Assembly (NCBI GenBank): GCA_963664325.2
Contig: CAXXDQ010000007.1
Span: 288,001-352,000 of the forward strand
Direction: 5' to 3'
Length of the DNA: 64,000 bases
Source of the DNA: Desulfomonilia bacterium
Lineage (GTDB): Bacteria; Desulfobacterota; Desulfomonilia; UBA1062
Below are positions 62,119 through 64,000 of the stretch, in pieces; position 1 is the stretch's first letter, and the number at the start of each line of letters is the position of its first letter. The position numbers and the translations under genes were made by a program. The notes below the pieces were generated by a model. The model saw only the letters and a list, made by a program, of their open reading frames with translations, had not been told where the DNA came from and did no database searches.

Positions 62119-62206
62119 TGGATGCTTTTGCGGCAAAGGGCCGTTTATGTCAAGCAACAGCTCATAAGCGCTTGCCTTTTAATCATTACAATGAGAACAT
62201 CCACCC

Positions 62207-62968
62207 ATGAAAATCCTCGCATGCATAAAACAGGTTCCCGATACCGGCTCACTCATAACGATCGGCTCCACAGGCAAATGGATCGACGAATCAAAGGCCT
62301 CCTTCAGGATGAACCGCTATGACGAACACGCCCTTGAAGAGGCCCTTAAAATCAAGGACAGCCACCCGGGAACACTTGTACATGCATTGTCAGCAGGGCC
62401 TCAGAGAGCTTCGGCCGTTGTCAGGAGGGCGCTGGAGATGGGCGCGGATGATGGCTTTCATATTATTGCACCGGCCGGATTCATCGACCCGCACGCAACG
62501 GCGTCGCTGATCGCCGGTTATGCGGACAGAAATTTCTATGACCTGATCCTGTGCGGGCAAATGGCTGAGGACGACATGCTCTCCCAGGTCGGGCCCATGA
62601 TTGCCTCGATTCTGGACCTGCCGTTTTCGACATCGGTGATTTCCCTGAACATAAACATCAGAGAAAAGACGGCCCTTGTCGAACGCGATTTGTCCGGCGC
62701 AAGAAGGCAGAGACTCGATATAGAGCTGCCGTGCCTGCTTGCAGTCCAGACCGCCATCAACCGCCCGAGATACCCGTCCTTGAGCAATGTCATGAGGGCG
62801 AAAAAACAGTCGATAAAAACCCTTGAATCAACAGGGCCTGAGGTGCTCCAGAATATGTTCACCTTGGACTATCCTGAGAAATCGGCTTCAGGCATATGTC
62901 TTGAGGGAGACATCAGCAGCAAAGCCGGACAGCTCGTGCAGATTCTGCATGAGCATTCGCTGATATAG
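62207..62968 (+). CDS. etfB: Electron transfer flavoprotein beta subunit
   Basis: CIKQVPD, MNRYDEHALEEA, ALEMGAD, QVGP, PRYPSL. Confidence 0.92.
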   Translation: MKILACIKQVPDTGSLITIGSTGKWIDESKASFRMNRYDEHALEEALKIKDSHPGTLVHALSAGPQRASAVVRRALEMGADDGFHIIAPAGFIDPHATASLIAGYADRNFYDLILCGQMAEDDMLSQVGPMIASILDLPFSTSVISLNINIREKTALVERDLSGARRQRLDIELPCLLAVQTAINRPRYPSLSNVMRAKKQSIKTLESTGPEVLQNMFTLDYPEKSASGICLEGDISSKAGQLVQILHEHSLI

Positions 62969-62976
62969 GGATCGCA

Positions 62977-63912
62977 ATGCTTGCCGCAATCATATCTGAA
63001 ACAGCGCAAGAAACTGGTGAACTCGCAGGCTTCGCCTCCATGCTGAATGCCGGTGAGCTGAAGATATTCAGCCTGCCTGTTCATGAAGAGTGTACGCCTG
63101 AGACGTATTTAGATCTGCTTACGGCTCATCTTAAAGAATTGAGCCCAGATGCCATTATAGTGCCGGAACTTCCGGCCTTCTCCGGTATAGCCCCCGCACT
63201 TGCCGTCAAGCTCGATATGCAGTGCATTACTTCAGTAGAGGGAATAATTAAGAATGGCGGCTCACTGAAACTAATGCGGTCGGTTCTGGGCGGCAAGGCT
63301 GTCATGGAAATCATCCCGGAATTTCCTGCCGTCATAACCGTGCTGCCGGGGGCGTTTGAAAAATCCGAAGCTTCCTGTTCATTGAATATGCCGGTCATCC
63401 GCCTCTTGCCATCTCTATTTACAGAAGGGGGCAAGCAGCCCGTCAGGATCAATAACCTGGGGACAATAGAATCGGAAATGCAGCAATCAGGTTTGCCCAT
63501 CACCGAGGCCGAGGTTCTTGTTGCAGCGGGCCGCGGAATCGGAAAACCTGAGAACCTGGAGCTGATACGCTCTCTTGCCGGACATTTCAGACATTCAACG
63601 TTTGCCGGCTCCAGGGCCGTTGTCGACGCCGGATGGCTTCCCTACAGCGCACAGGTGGGATTGACCGGCAAGGCCGTAATGCCGAAGCTTTATATCGCAT
63701 GCGGCATTTCAGGTTCGCCTCAGCATATCGCTGGCATGAAGAATTCGCACCTCATCATCGCAATAAACAAAGACCCCAATGCAGCAATATTCAATTACTC
63801 TCATTACTGCATTGTCGAAGACCTGCTAGAGTTTATTCCGGCACTGATTGAGGAATTGGAAAAACAGGTGGTGGGTCGTACTGGGATTGAACCAGTGACT
63901 TCTACCGTGTGA
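62977..63912 (+). CDS. etfA: Electron transfer flavoprotein alpha subunit
   Basis: AAGRG, SRAVVDAGW, QVGLTG, GISGSPQHIAGM, AINKDPNA. Confidence 0.92.
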   Translation: MLAAIISETAQETGELAGFASMLNAGELKIFSLPVHEECTPETYLDLLTAHLKELSPDAIIVPELPAFSGIAPALAVKLDMQCITSVEGIIKNGGSLKLMRSVLGGKAVMEIIPEFPAVITVLPGAFEKSEASCSLNMPVIRLLPSLFTEGGKQPVRINNLGTIESEMQQSGLPITEAEVLVAAGRGIGKPENLELIRSLAGHFRHSTFAGSRAVVDAGWLPYSAQVGLTGKAVMPKLYIACGISGSPQHIAGMKNSHLIIAINKDPNAAIFNYSHYCIVEDLLEFIPALIEELEKQVVGRTGIEPVTSTV

Positions 63913-63943
63913 AGGTAGCGCTCTCCCGCTGAGCTAACGACCC
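63869..63943 (-). tRNA. tRNA-Val(CAC)
   Basis: GGGTCGTTAGCTCAGCGGGAGAGCGCTACCTTCACACGGTAGAAGTCACTGGTTCAATCCCAGTACGACCCACCA. Confidence 0.96.
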
Positions 63944-64000
63944 GTTCAACGATTCCTCGTGTTTAATCAGTACGGCTTTTTTATGTCAAGGATATTTTAG

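Overview
A 64-kb segment of bacterial chromosome. Gene content and regulatory motifs point to an anaerobic Desulfobacterota/deltaproteobacterium (inference). Most of it is housekeeping or metabolic: an arnC-arnA(split)-arnD L-Ara4N locus, queA-tgt-yajC-secDF, tig-clpP-clpX-hup with tRNA-Val/Asp, hcp, a polar amino-acid ABC transporter, leuB, ligA, hfq, a fatty-acid/4-hydroxyacid catabolic cluster, etfBA and tRNA-Val(CAC). The most notable features are: (1) an integrase-less integron cassette array (about 55.4-57.6 kb) with two clear attC sites, an attI-like junction, geneless palindromic mini-cassettes, and a GC-rich cassette encoding a DUF4062+TIR protein (candidate anti-phage effector); (2) a pyrimidine-nucleotide operon (dCMP deaminase, atypical Dcd/dUTPase-fold protein, atypical ThyX, two tandem NDKs) with altered catalytic motifs; (3) a rhodanese/CCG Fe-S/radical-SAM plus DUF3047/TIGR04282-04283/TVP38 cluster resembling arsenosugar loci but with a non-ArsS radical SAM; (4) two secreted proteins sharing a Gly/Ser-linker-CFVxSA C-terminal motif; (5) two single-base frameshifts in short homopolymers. 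All assignments come from manual motif recognition; no database searches were run.
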